Assembly (NCBI RefSeq): GCF_018350175.1 | Contig: NC_058368.1 | Span: 97,962,001-98,026,000 of the forward strand | DNA from: Felis catus | Taxonomy: Eukaryota | DNA: 64,000 nt | Reading direction: 5' to 3' | Shown: positions 1-12,914 of the stretch, one piece after another | How positions within the stretch are numbered: the stretch's first letter is position 1 | Layout: each line of letters begins with the position of its first letter | The notes under the pieces: generated by a model | Database searches by the model: none | Told to the model about the DNA's origin: nothing | Seen by the model: the letters and a program-made list of their open reading frames with translations, nothing else | Made by a program: the position numbers and the translations under genes

Positions 1-100
1 GGGATTCTCTGTCTCCCTCTCTCTCTGCCCCTCCCCCATTCATGCTGTCTCTGTCTCTCTCAAAATAAATAAACTTAAAAAAATGTTTAATAAAAAAAAG
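1..100 (+). mobile_element. Can-SINE, 3' part (cut by window edge)
   Basis: gggattctctgtctccc, (CT)-rich tract, aaaataaataaac A-rich tail. Confidence 0.9.
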
Positions 101-129
101 CTGTAAGGGATACCTGCTCTTTTTGCTTG

Positions 130-597
130 TCCTGCATCCATCCCCCTACTACTGGAAAAAGTACCCCAGTTTTCCTTTGGGGAACTAGATTCCCCATTTT
201 CTGGCCAAGTGTCCAGGTGGGACTCTACATCATGGAGAATGTGACCCTGATTTTCCACGATATCATGTTTGTTTTAGGGAAAGACATCTGACTAAGGAGG
301 CCAAGCAAAGTGAATTCTGTGGGTTGTGAGTTGAGCTTTCTATAAAACGTGCTCTTTATTTCCTGTTAGACTTGAACACGAAAGGTGTGGATCAGCTATC
401 TTTGTGGAAGCTGGGAATAAGCCATTGCATTAGGGAACAGGGCAAAGAGAAGGGGAGGGCTAGTTTTGCTGACATAGTTTGAGCCCTGGGTTCAGGTCAT
501 CTATACATTTTCAATTCATGTGATCCAGTAAATTCCGTTATTTGCTAAATCAGCATGGGTAAGATGTCTATTACGCAACAAAAAGTGATTTAACACA
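130..597 (+). mobile_element. Old ERVL-MaLR (MLT1-type) LTR fragment
   Basis: 3' end (agtaaattccgttatttgctaaatcagc...ttacgcaacaaaaagtgatttaaca) resembles degenerate MLT1 terminus; boundaries approximate. Confidence 0.5.
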
Positions 598-630
598 TTA
601 ATATGGTGATTGAATTCCAAGCAGGTTTTT

Positions 631-852
631 GGGGCACCTGGGTGTCTCAGTCAGTTAAGCGTCTGACTTTGGCTTGGGTCATGATCTCCTGGTTCATGAG
701 TTCAAGCCCCACATCAGGCTCCACACTGACAGCATAGATCTGCCTTGGGATTCTGTCTCTCCCTCTCTCTCTGCCCCTCCCCTAGTTTCATGCTATCTCT
801 CTCTCTCTCTCTCTCTCTCAAAAAAAAAAATTAATTAGAAAAAAAAAAAAAA
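631..852 (+). mobile_element. Can-SINE, full length
   Basis: ggggcacctgggtgtctcagtcagttaagc head, (CT)n, poly-A, degraded TSD (aagcaggtttt / aacaggctttt). Confidence 0.95.
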
Positions 853-1291
853 CAACAGGCTTTTCTTCTCTTGCCCCCTTGGAACACCACCTAAGTGTTT
901 TTATGTAAAATGTAAAAGAAACATTATTGGATTATTAGGACTCAGAAACTAAAAACTCCACACAAATATATGATTGTATTGAATGTTGGTGCTAGCAGAA
1001 ATGAAAGTAAAAGATCTAAGGAGGGAACTGACAGGTATTTATGGGCTATTGCTCTCATAAAACAAGTTTGGTAAAAGACAACTTCATGCATATATTCATT
1101 CTTCCCCAAGTCCTTTGGGGAGCTAGACTGCGATTAACATCTGTTGGAGCTCTAGTGTCCTAAATACTGACCTTTGCAGTGTAAGCCCAATATCGTTCAG
1201 CAATAATAGATTAGTCTTACACATCTTGCTCTGCACGTCTGCACTGACCATATTCCTGTAATATACCTAATCTAAGATAGGGACAGAGGCA

Positions 1292-1318
1292 GTGTGTGTG
1301 TGTGTGTGTGTGTGTGTG
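1292..1318. repeat. (GT)n microsatellite
   Basis: Direct read. Confidence 0.95.
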
Positions 1319-2694
1319 CAGATATCTGAACTGGAGATGCATCATACTCCCTGTCCATAAGCGGCAGATAAGTAGCACATTATTTGGAGACACAAAGCTT
1401 CTACTCTTCGTATGTTAGAAACAACATGAAAATTGGATAGCAATAGGGTGACAAGAAAGAGAAATCACAAGGAGGGGTTATTTGTCAAATGACAGAAGAG
1501 TGTTTGTGTTCGGAAGCTGGGCGGATCTTCCTCTGGCTGATGTGGAACAGAAACCTCTCATAGGGCAGTTGGGCTTGTGTGAAGCTTTGATGAATGGATA
1601 GATGTAAAATTATTTAAATTCGAGAGTGATGTGTCAAAGACTGTCTTGTGTTTATGAAATCCAATTTTCGAATCCATTTGTACCCTATCTTGGGCACATG
1701 GCTGACTGTATTTCTGAGTTAGGTGGGGCCATGAAATGTTGGTAGAAGTTATGGTATGCAATATTTGTCTTGGTCCTTAAAACACCAGTCACATGATGCT
1801 GTACATTCTCTCCCTTCCCTGGTCTGTGGTCAGGCCTTGCTTTCTTTCTGTTCCTGTCCAACTTGACATGCTTAGAAATATCCAGGTGCTACTCTTTTCT
1901 TTATTCACTGGACTTGTAGTTTCAGGCCATCTCCTGGCTTCCATACAACACTGCCCCTAGGACACGGCCTGACCCAAATTAAATCAGAAGTGGTTGCAAA
2001 ATATTCTATCGTCCAGTAGATGCTTCGCATGTGGGTGGTCCACCATGAAGCTGGAGAAGCCAATTGATTTCTATTTCTGGATTTTGAATTCCTGAACTGA
2101 CTCACATGGTTCTAGAAAGGGTGTTTTGCCCTGGCTTGTGTGTACCTCACTGATTGAAGTAAAACATTTGTTTGCTGAGCCAATAACTGTCCTCTGGGAG
2201 GAAATGTCATTCCTTCTACAAATCTAAGTTTCTTAGTGCTCACCAACTGCAGGGGTGAATGCACTTTTTAAAATACTGTGGCCACAGGGGTTGTTCACTT
2301 GGTCAGACTGACCACACTCTGTGAACATCTGGATGCTAGAGGCAATGAAGGCCTCATAACTTGGGGCAACCTTAAGGCAAACCTGACCTGTGTAATTGTA
2401 TGAAAACTACTTGATGGAATACACTTGAAAGCATAGACAATTGTTGGCCACACCCAACACTCAGGATCTACCTGAATGTGAGTATTTGATAATGAGGGCG
2501 TGAGGGGAATAGGAATGATTTTGGTTCTTTCCTATACCTTGCTTTATTCTAGCAAGTCAGCTATGGATAGCTCTTAATGCCATTAGTTGTTTTCATATTA
2601 ATTAGCTCCTGTGTATTAAGGTTTCTTTTCCCTCAGCCATGACTAAAATTTTAACCTGTCTTCTCAATTTGTAATGTTAAGAAGAATCATATCA

Positions 2695-2865
2695 GGGGGT
2701 GCCTCGGTGGTTATGTCAGTTAAGCATCTGACTTTGGCTCAGATAAGGATCTCACAGCTCATGAATTCGAGCTCTGCGTCGGGCTCTGTGCTGATAGCTC
2801 GGAGCCTGGAGCCTGCTTCAGATTCTGTGTCTCCCTCTCTCTCTCTCTTCCCCTCCCTGGCTCAT

Positions 2866-2897
<32 letters not shown>

Positions 2898-2934
2898 AAA
2901 AATAAATAAACATTAAAGAAATTTAAGAAAAAAA
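2695..2934 (+). mobile_element. Can-SINE, full length
   Basis: Head, (CT)n and tail; TSD aagaagaatcatatca (2679-2694) / aagaagaatcacgtca (2935-2950). Confidence 0.95.
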
Positions 2935-4522
2935 AAGAAGAATCACGTCATGGACTTCAATTTCAAGCCACTCTGCACAGATTGCCTTTAATGGACAGGT
3001 AAGCCCAAGGGCTATAGTTTGAGCTGTAGGAAAAAAAAAAATCCAAGGATCTTTTGAATATTGCGTTAAGCACATATGGGACTTCCAGCTTCAGCATCCT
3101 ATAAGAATGAGGGTGATTAGATTGAAGGGAAACAAATTATTGGAAAGCTTTTACCAGAATCCATTGAAATCATTCTCTGTTACCCAGGGACTGGTTTTTA
3201 TTCCAGATGCTTGCAATTAATTCCACATTCAAAGCCTGTTTTCTGGAGGAAGAAAGATAGGCTACTTTCAAAATTTTTTAAGGGTTAAAGGTGGGAAAGT
3301 TTTGAATTTATTTTCGTAGAGAAAACAAAATATAGTGAGGCAGCATTATAATCCCTTTTAAGGTTTTATTGAAATGTCAACTTCTGGGGGACTGAAGCTG
3401 TATGAAAAAAATGAATAAACAGTGGATTAGCATTTAGACAATATTCTTTTGTTGTTTGACCACAGAAAATAATGCTGAATAGAATTAATTTGGAATTTGG
3501 CAGGAATTTGAATAGTAGAGGTAAAGCATGCAAATAATTGAGTAAATTTGAATCTTGTAGGAACATTTATTGGAATAAATTAAAGAATAGCATGAGGAAC
3601 AAGATTCTTTTGGAGGCTCTAAGCACAAAAACAACAAGAAAGTAAGAATTTTATACTTACTTGATGGTTTTCTGGAATTAAAAAAAGGAAAGTGTGTTTT
3701 AAAACCAGGACTTTTTAGCGCCAGTGCAATCAAGAACCAAAACCCATAATTGGTAATGACCATTGAAAATTGTGATTTGTTGGGGAGTATCCAGGTTAGA
3801 AATAAAATGATTTCAAACCCTGACTATCCAATTTCAGTCAAAAATTGAGAAGGGATCACGCTTTAGCTAGTTATGTGGGATTCTTTGGATAACCTCAGAT
3901 AAAGAAAGGGTACCTCATTTCTGAAAGAAAGTTTTTTTTCTAGACAGGGACCTATTCAGACGATTTAATTATTGTAGTTTATTGAGCATAAATTGTGGAC
4001 ATTTCAGCTATTTTCTCCACTCTCATTTAGATCTAATTAGAACTAGATGGCCTATTTAAATATATGTATATATACAAAAATAGTTATATATAATGAAGAA
4101 ACTCAAAAATAGCCTAAATTAGGAAGCCATTTACTTTATTAATGGAGACTCCCAACCATGCCAGGATTTGATCAGATCATACAACTGAATGGGATTCATT
4201 TCCTTCATTTGTTCTCCTTTCTATATATTGTGACTTTCCGGGGCATTGTTTTGCAAGCTTCTCCATTACTGTCTTGAGTTGTCTGTGTCTGTTATCAGTC
4301 TCAGTACAGAAAATAGTGGTTCATATTTCTTCCCCTATCTCTAGCAAAATAGTCTGGAGGGAAAGGACGTGGGGCTGTGCTGAATACTGTCAGGAGTGAG
4401 TAAGAGGCCAAAGAGCTTATGTGGGGACAGTCCTCCAGTAAGAGGGTGGTGTTCAGGAGCAAAACCACAGTGGCCCAGAAGGTTGTTTGGATGAGAAGTC
4501 CTAGTCTTAAGAATACTGCCCT

Positions 4523-4724
4523 GGGACGCCTGGGTGGCTCCATCAGTTGAGTGTCCGACTTCGGCTCAGGTCATGATCTCACAGTTCGTGAGTTGAAGGC
4601 CCACATCAGGCTCGCTATCGCTGTCATTGTGGAACCCACTTCAGATCCTCTGCCCCCCTCCCCCTCTCCCCTTCACCCTCCCCCACTCACCCTTTGTCCA
4701 AAATGAACAAACACTTAAAAAAAA
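4523..4724 (+). mobile_element. Can-SINE
   Basis: gggacgcctgggtggctc head; TSD aatactgcc on both sides. Confidence 0.93.
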
Positions 4725-6325
4725 AATACTGCCTGACCTTTGCATTCCTTTCTCTCCACTCCCATTCCCACTCTCATTCATTTGAATGATCACCTGTGAT
4801 GAGTATATCCTTGGTCTGCCTATTTTCAGAAAAAAAGAAATGAAAAATAAAAAAGCAAGCTGGGATCATAGGGACTTGGGCATGTGTGTGTGTGGTTAAC
4901 TGAGAGCCATAATGTTGCACCTGTGGCCCCGATTGCCTAAGAAGGAAATTGTTTAAGAGGACATGCTTGATCTGTGCCCATATTTCAACCCTCAATAAGA
5001 CTTGAATAATCCGGAGAAACCACTGTGTGCCCAACCCAGTGAAGGGTGATGGACAAATGCTCTTTCTCCTTTCCTTTCCTTCTCTCCCCCTATCCTTCCT
5101 TCCCTGACTCACCTTTCCCCCCTCCCTTCCTTTTCTAATTTCCTTGCTGCTCCCTCTCCCCTTCTATTCACTAACCAAATGACTGTTTGGGGACATAGAC
5201 TTGATTTACTATAAACATTTAATAAAACTTGCCGTTTATTAAACCAGCCCTCTTTGGTGTATTTGTCATTGCTATAAGATCCAAAAGTGAATTACGGAGA
5301 AAAAAAATGAGATCCTCCAAATCCATTCATCTTATGACCTAATCTGATACTGCAGTCTAGGCCCCTTGAGAGCAATTACATAATTTAAGCAGAGTAATAG
5401 TGATTTGAATGTATAGATCTCCCAAAGCCATGAGTAGAATTGAAGACCTGTAACATTAGTGAAGATCTCTCTGTGTAAAAAAGCCATTTGAACGAGGATG
5501 TTTCAAGGCCCGCTGGTTTTTCCTGAGCACGTTTGAACATGAAGTAGCCATATATCTTCCACATGTATATTAGATTATTTAAATGCCAAGTGCAAAATTG
5601 AAAACATTTAATTTCCTTAAGTATATTCAGCAGCGCAAAACTATTAAAAACATGTTTGTGAGGCTAACCAATCTCTTTCCTTTGTCCAAAAGAAACTGTT
5701 GTTTGAATGTGTATTACTAGTGAATGCTGAGTGTGCCTCAGGTAATTGATCATGAATGATCCAAAGTTTCACCCTCTTGTCGAGCAGGAACTACCTCCCT
5801 TTGTGAGTATGTTTCGATGTTATAACGAAATGCGTTTTTATCTATTCACAGAATCCTTATCACATTCCACTTAACTGTTGTGTGTTTTTCCCTCTGGCAT
5901 CTCTTCCTATCTTGGGAGCATGTCTAATTATGAGCAATCTTGGTGGGGACAGTGTCCACCTCCCAATATGGAAATGCAAAAGGTTATGGCCTCCCTTCCC
6001 TGGTCCTGATAATACTACTTGGGTATGACCTATACCCTGCTGATTGGATGTTGCTGCCAAGGACTTTAAATTTTGAATGAGTAAATAAAGGAAAGGACAG
6101 CTGGACCTCTTTTCACAGAATCAGCAGTGACAGTGTCCAGTGGTGTGGTATCCTGGCCGATAGCTGCTAAACATGATTGTGCTTTCAGCTTCTTGGTTTT
6201 TCAGAGATATTTACTTTCTAAGCCTGATCATTACATTTCCATCAATTGTGTGAATCCTCAATAACTTTTCTAATAATTTTATTTTTGGTAAACAAAGACA
6301 GATTTACTATCTGTCCTTGATTCTT

Positions 6326-6540
6326 TTTTTTTAAATTTAAGTTTATTTATTTATTTTGGGAGATGCAGAGATAGTGCATGGGGTGAAGGGACAGAGAGGA
6401 GAGAGAGAATCCCAAGCAGGCTCCGGGCTGCCAGCTCAGAGCATGATGTGGGACTTGAACTCACAAAAAACTGCAAGACCATGATCTGAGCTGAAACCAA
6501 GAGTCAGATGCTTAATCAACTGAGCCACCCAGGTGCCCCC
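6326..6540 (-). mobile_element. Can-SINE
   Basis: Reverse head tgagccacccaggtgcccc, T-rich tail, TSD core ttgattctt. Confidence 0.93.
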
Positions 6541-6555
6541 TGGTTTTGATTCTTA

Positions 6556-7080
6556 TCCTCTCCTTGCATTCAAACTCCTTGCTATGTGATTTTGCAGTCC
6601 TTCCCATCAGAAGCAGTATGTGTGTACTTATATTTTGACTTTGGGCTTAACCATGAACTTGCTTTGTCCTAGAGAAGGTGGGTAGAAGTAATAATGTGTC
6701 AGTTCTGAATCTAGACCTTTGGAGGCATCATATATCTGCCTGCCTTCTTGTGCTTCTGCTATCGCCAAGCTTCCTTGGATACCTTCTGTTCCTTTGCCTG
6801 TGCCTCAGAATAAATACATCTGGAATTGACCTCAACCCAACCTGCAGTGAGGAGCAAAGCAGCTTGACTCACAGCTTGAAGCAGCATCACTTAGCAAAGC
6901 CCAGCCTGGATTAGCTGACGATCAAAAGACCCAGAGATGCGGGAGTGCGTCTCTCTGTGATTAACAGAACCAAACCTCTAAGGCTAACCTGCAGATTTCT
7001 GAGAAATACGTGGCTTTTGTTTTGTGCCACTGGGATTTTGTGTTTGTGTGTTTTGTGATCTGTATCTGCTATATGCAATG
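6556..7080 (+). mobile_element. MLT1-type LTR (ERVL-MaLR)
   Basis: tgtgattttgcagtccttcccatcagaag...ttttgactttgggcttaaccatg...tgtgtcagttctgaatctagacc typical of MLT1F/H-group LTRs. Confidence 0.7.
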
Positions 7081-7989
7081 GGAAGTATTCTAATTGATGG
7101 ATTATAATACATTGATGTTGATAATATGAAGGGTGCATGTGTGTGTGTGTGCCTATCTTTGGTTTTGTGGGGCAAATCCTATTGAGACTTAGCCTCATAT
7201 TTACTTATTCTCTTTCCTGTTGATTGGTTGGAATGAGTATATAATTCAGCTTTCACACTGATGGGATGTGTGCGAAGTCGTGTATGTATGAGTGTGTGAA
7301 AGTGGTTTTTTTTTCCCCCTTTCCTAATAAAAAGCGAACATTGGAGACACATTCTCCACATTCTCTCTTCTTCTGTTCTTTTCTCTTCTCACCTGGAGCT
7401 GAGGCAGCTGTCTGTGTCCGTCAGGAAACGCCTAAGGATAGCAGAGAGGGAATGAATCTGTGTGCATGATGTACATGAACCACTTAGGCAATTCTGGAAC
7501 ATCCTACTATTGAGCTTTGTATCCTTTCATAGAATACATTTTTATTTTTTAAGCTGATGGCTTTGGGTTTCCTAACTTGCCATTGAAAGTATCTTAACAG
7601 ATATGTGGAGTATATGTGTATGGGGGCACGGGAGGACTGAATGCAGAAGTCTATATGAAAAGAAGAAAATAGCTCAGGTTATCCCTCGTGAACCTGTAGC
7701 CTCTAAGCAGCATGTGTTAAGTGGTATGTAAGCTGAGGTCAGGTGGACAGAAGTCCACGTTTACCTGACTTTTCCTGCCACAGCTTTATGTGCTCTGTAT
7801 GGATTACCAGAAAATGACAGATGTTATCTTCCCTGCTGACTCTTTCGGCAGGGTGTCCATATCTAGAATGCTTTCACCCATAAAACACTGACCCTGCCTT
7901 TCAATACTTTTGGAAATAAGTGAATGCTTGGCATCTGAGATTTGCTCCATGTCATCTGAAATCATGTAGTGTATTATTTGCAGGTAATA

Positions 7990-8100
7990 ACTTTGACTCA
8001 ATCCTAATGTCCAGGCTGCGTCCTAGAACCAAGCAATCTGGATCTCTGGGGTTCCTAAGTAAATTCCATTATACAGCCAGTGTTGAGAACCACTGTTCTA
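7990..8100. mobile_element. MER5-like hAT-Charlie DNA transposon fragment
   Basis: Terminal motif cagccagtgttgagaaccactg. Confidence 0.55.
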
Positions 8101-8185
8101 AACTCCATTCTCTTGTGAATTAAGCGAACTCCAAATCAAATGTGCACATAAGGGGTTAAAAAAGAGGAGAATAAAGACTATGAAG

Positions 8186-8742
8186 GTATTCATTATCTAT
8201 TGCTATATAACAAATTGTCCTATAATTCAGCAGCTTAGAACAGTAATAAACCTTTATTGCTCCCAATTCTGTGGATCAGGAATCTAAGAACAGCTTAGCT
8301 GGGATGGCTATGGCTAAGGGTCTTTCCTATAGTTGCAATCAAATTGTGGGCCAAGGCTGCAGTCACTTGAAGTCTTCGATGGGGCTGGGGGGTCTGCTTT
8401 CAAGGAGGTTCACTCACATAGCTCTTGATATGAGGTCCTAGTTTCTTGCTGCCTTTTGCCAGGAGGTATCAGCCCCTTACCAACTGGCTTTTCTCTCTGC
8501 AGCTGTGTGAGGGTCCTTGAAACATGGAAGCTGGCTTGTCCCAAGCAAGTAATTCAAGAGTTAGCAAGGTAGAAGCTGGGATATCTTTCATGCCCTAGGC
8601 TCTGAAGTCACACACCATCACTTTCAAAATATTCCATTGGTCGTACAGGTCATGCATCCCTACTTCCTAGGAGAGGGGACTACAAAGGTCTCAATACCAG
8701 GAGTTTGGAATCGTTGAGAAGGCCATCTTGGCAAGTGCAACA
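8186..8742 (-). mobile_element. MLT1-type LTR (ERVL-MaLR)
   Basis: tatctattgctatataacaaatt...cagcttagaaca...tttattgctcccaattctgtggatcaggaatc...ggccatcttgg, the reverse MLT1 pattern. Confidence 0.8.
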
Positions 8743-9309
8743 GGATAGGAATGAATAAATGATTTGTGCTCATTTCAAGGGTGAATGCCTAGTAGGCTGA
8801 ATGATGGAAACCCATGCCTGTGGCTTCCTTGAGGAGGCTTCATATGAATCAAAATACTCTGTGGAGTAGCCCTATCAGTTTCTCGAACACCAGGTGGCTG
8901 GACAGAGCTTTGGGAGCTCTTAAAGGGTACTATTCAAAGGCACAGTGCCTTTTAGAGGAGTTCAACTCTGCCATTTCCTGAATTAATTTTGTCCAGATTC
9001 AGATTAGCTGAGACTAGCAGCTGATGTTTAGCAAACAGATAAATAAGGTGCTAGCTTCATTAGTACTGATTTTCCTAGATGAGGGGACTTACAATACCTT
9101 CCAATTGTATGTAGCTATAAAAGAGGCCTCTAACATTAAGATGCGTGACTGAACTCTTTGCAATTCTATCTTCTCCCTCACCTTTTGCTTTTTTGGCTGT
9201 GGGAAAAGTAGGGTCTTCAACACAGTCTTCAGCTCTCTGTCTTTATAATCCCTCCCACCCAGAGTTCCTTATGCTGTGCCAACCCAGTATTGCCTAATTT
9301 GTATTTTCA

Positions 9310-9420
9310 GGTTCAGATTTCTCCTACCAAATGCCAGGCTTCTGTAGCCAACTGCCTATTTGACATCTACTCTTGAATGACTAATGCAAACCCCAATTTT
9401 ATTTGGCCAAAACCAAATTA
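9310..9420 (+). mobile_element. L2 fragment
   Basis: tagccaactgcctatttgacatctactcttgaatgactaa matches the L2 core motif. Confidence 0.65.
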
Positions 9421-9620
9421 TTTTTTGTAATATTTATTTATTTTCGAGAGAGAGAGAGAGAGAGACAGAGAGCAGAGGGAGGGAGACACCAATCTGAAGC
9501 AGGCTCCAGGCTCTGAGCTGTCAGCACAGAGCCGGTCGCGGGGTTCTACCTCACCAACGCGCGAGATCATGACCTGGGCCAAAGTCAGTAGCTTAACTTA
9601 CTGAGCCACTCAGGTGCCCC
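9421..9620 (-). mobile_element. Can-SINE
   Basis: (GA)n, gaagcaggctccaggctctgagctgtcagc, reverse head. Confidence 0.95.
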
Positions 9621-10067
9621 AAGTTTGCTCTCTTCTTATGTGGGTGAGTTGACCGCGGCTGCTGTGGTTATAATATGCTGTCAACCTTTCAATTTCTGGT
9701 TTCTAACTCTGTAGAAATACAGTTCTTGTCTATACAAACAAGTAAGTTTGAGAGGTCAGTCGATCTCCAAAGCAATTAAGTAAAATAGCTTATAAAGCTT
9801 GAACTGGTTTGGTATTTTTGATCTGTTGTATCCAGCAATCCTATACAGAATTAATTGGTTTGTGTGGATCCAATCAGAGCTGGAGGCAGTACTCTTTCTC
9901 CACGATTCTTGTCTGTCTGTGATTTCAAGAGCCCAGGCAAATGGGAACAAAGAAGAATGAAGAACAGACTTTTAAAAGATTTCTGGCAGACTATAATGTG
10001 ACTATGGATGACTTTTATTTTATCATGAGCCATCAGATTACTGTTTTTTTTTTTTAGTCATTTTTAA

Positions 10068-10272
10068 AATTTAAAGTTTACTTATTTATTTTTGAGGGAG
10101 AGAGTGCATGAGAGGCTGAGAGAGAGGGAGAGAGAATCCCAAGCAGGTCTCACGCTGTTAGCACAGAGCCTGATGCTGGGCTCATGGGGCTCCATCTCAA
10201 GAACCTTAAGATCGTGACCTGAGGCAAAATCAAGAGTGGGATTCTTAACTGACTAAACCACCCAGGCGCCCC
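10068..10272 (-). mobile_element. Can-SINE
   Basis: Perfect 14-bp TSD ttagtcatttttaa (10054-10067, 10273-10286). Confidence 0.95.
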
Positions 10273-11061
10273 TTAGTCATTTTTAACGGAGAAGGTACAT
10301 CTTGTAGGTGATCTGTGGTTCATCCATCTAAAAATTCTTTTTTGTTTTTTTTTGGGAAAAGTTATTAGTCTAACATATGTGCATAAAATTATTTTGTTTG
10401 TTGCTCATTGTTTCTGTTATTTTCATTGCATCAGTATTACTGAAAGCATTGATTTTTTTTCCTTCTCATTCTCTTTTCCTTTTTTTTTTTTTTTGCTTTA
10501 AAAAGAGGTAGAAATAAGTTAACCTCTAAGCATATAAAAAAGATTGGATATTTCAATGAAAATATAGGTAAAAATTTGACCACAGTTGTATTTTAAGCTA
10601 ATATTGCTTAAGTCCTTTAGCCTGAAAGATTACCAAGTTGGTAGGATTTTAATTAATGATTTTAATTTTAGAATTATAATTTTAGCATTAAAAATTTCCA
10701 TATCTTTTTAAAAGTCAAGGACAAGGATAGCAAAATAAAGAAAAATTGTGAGTGATACTGGATTCATATCAAATGTGCTCGTACTGAAACTAAAAAATAT
10801 AAAATGCAAATTTCGTGGCAATTAAGATTAGCATATTCAGTAAACAACTTGTCCTGAAATTATATACTTCATGTTTTAATATTTGGGCATGTAATACATT
10901 TTGAGTATATAATCATGACATTGCCAGATTTTTATGCATAAAAAGGAAGATTTCATCTATTATTTAAAACCACAAATACCCTGTAATCATTTCTGTGTCT
11001 TCCTGTAGTAAAAGCAATATCTGTGCCTTTGACTTGGTGATCAGCATTTGATGATATACCA

Positions 11062-11063
<2 letters not shown>

Positions 11064-11104
<41 letters not shown>
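11064..11104. repeat. (TG)n microsatellite
   Basis: Direct read. Confidence 0.95.
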
Positions 11105-11623
11105 TTTTTGAGCCCCACAGCAAATTGTAAATGTCATACTTTCAGGAGAAACAGCTGGAATAAATTACAAGGAGCAGGCCGACATGGCAAGCAACAAATA
11201 AGAAAACTAAATTAGGGTTTTAAGGGCCTATCTTCAGTGGAGGAGTGGGTTTTCCCTCTGTCTCTAGGGGAGGCCCATTCTAATCTTCAAGCTGGAATTG
11301 TTCAGCTTGCTTTCTCTTGGTATTTGGATGGGAAAGTAGAGTGAGCCAGGCTTTAAATTAAATAGCAAAATACTTGCAGGATGGGGGTCTAGTGCTCTGC
11401 ATAGGGAGTTGTTTTCATTCTCTGCCTTGGCGCTTTTTGGATGAGTTAGACTGGAGTGTGTCCCTTAGTTCTCCATTCTATAAACAGAACACAATCACTC
11501 ATTTACAGAGCTTTGTTAACGCTGTAAACACTTTCAAGCACTTGTTGAAATAATTACAAGAAACTTTGAAGTATAATCCTTTACCTTAAGATCTGTGTTG
11601 ACTTTTGGACAGTCTGGCTCATT

Positions 11624-11861
11624 ACCAGTACCCCTCTATTTTGAAAAACAACAATGTTTTAAAGACTAGGACTGTGGAAAGAATTGGCTCCGAAAATCAA
11701 GTTTCAGTCTTTCTTGCTGCAAACATACTGGGTATTTGGGGGCAAACTGGGTCCATGAGTGAGTGCAAGCTGCCTCTAGGAAGGGCAGTTTGGAATGAGC
11801 AGAAATGCCATTTAAACTGCCCATCTAATAAGCCAGAAATCAATCCTGGGTCAACAGAGTA
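11624..11861 (+). repeat. Inverted repeat, arm 1 (pairs with 13545-13777)
   Basis: Manual alignment to reverse complement of arm 2: about 15 mismatches plus 1-nt and 4-nt indels; 66-nt perfect core at 11775-11840. Confidence 0.97.
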
Positions 11862-12165
11862 AATTTTTTTTCTTTTTTTGCCCTAAATTAGGACTTAGTA
11901 TACTCAAAGTCATGTGTAGCAGTTTATATCTACCTCTCCTTCTTGCCCCCTACCGACAGCTCAGTGCTGTGGGCTGAGCCCTTGGATGTGATGACTGAAT
12001 CAAATTGTTTTTGAGAAACTTTAGGAATTAGTGTATCTGCTTGGAACATAGTTCAGCTGCTAGCTATGTTATATCAGGCAAAATGAAGCAATCATTAGTG
12101 GGTATTCTCATAATTGTTGCAAGATTGAGTTTAATATACTCTGAGTGGCCTCTAGTAAGAATTAA

Positions 12166-12238
12166 AAACTGTAGTTATTACTCTTGTCATACTGTTAATA
12201 ATGAAACTGTAGTTATTACTGTTGTCATACTGTTAATA
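12166..12238. repeat. 38-bp-period tandem duplication
   Basis: aaactgtagttattact(c/g)ttgtcatactgttaata twice. Confidence 0.95.
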
Positions 12239-12591
12239 TCTCATCCTAAATATTAACTGAGTGAGGTAATCTTGGCCATACTTCTACATTTGGGGACATT
12301 TTATTTCTAATTTTTTGTTGTTGTTGTTATTCTTGTTCTTGTCTCTATAGTTTTCCTTCACCACTTTCCTTAAAAGTTGTGCCTACTTTGGTTGATTTTT
12401 ACTTATTCATTTACTAATTGCTTAGTGAATTACTCCAAGCATTGATGGCTAAGACAAAAGCTTATGTAAGTTTACAGGTTTATATATACTGTGCATTGAC
12501 TCCCTGTTTTCACAAAATAATAGTAAGCAGGCTGATGGGTGAGTGCTCCCTAACCCGGTAAAGCCACTGATGGTTCTAAGAGGGGAAATAT

Positions 12592-12720
12592 CAGTGCTTC
12601 TCAACCCAGTTGCATATGAAAATCACCTGGCTGGGCTCCACCCCTGAAAATTCTGATTTAGTGGATCCCCCGGGGCCCTGTCATCTTCCACAAGTTTTAT
12701 AAGCTATCCAGGTGAGATTT
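12592..12720. mobile_element. MER5-like hAT DNA transposon
   Basis: cagtgcttctcaacc...aaatcacctgg...gggctccacccctgaaaattctgatttagt. Confidence 0.7.
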
Positions 12721-12914
12721 ACCCCAAGTACAGATGATACCACATTCAGTGATGGGTAAACCCACAGATGAAGAGAACATGTGAGCTTCCGGTAAAGGAG
12801 GCTCCTGCTGGCAGCCGACATCATACCTTCCTGACTGCCTGCCATGGGTGCATTTCTGCCTTCACATCTGGTTCAGGCTGTCAGGTTTCCCTCTTCCGTT
12901 CTGGCTGTGGGAGA

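Noticed and set aside
3561..3641. Plus-strand 81-nt exon candidate (NIYWNKLKNSMRNKILLEALSTKTTR)
   Set aside because: Weak acceptor, unrecognised peptide, and no consistent exon chain could be built with 1322-1409 or 11121/11146.
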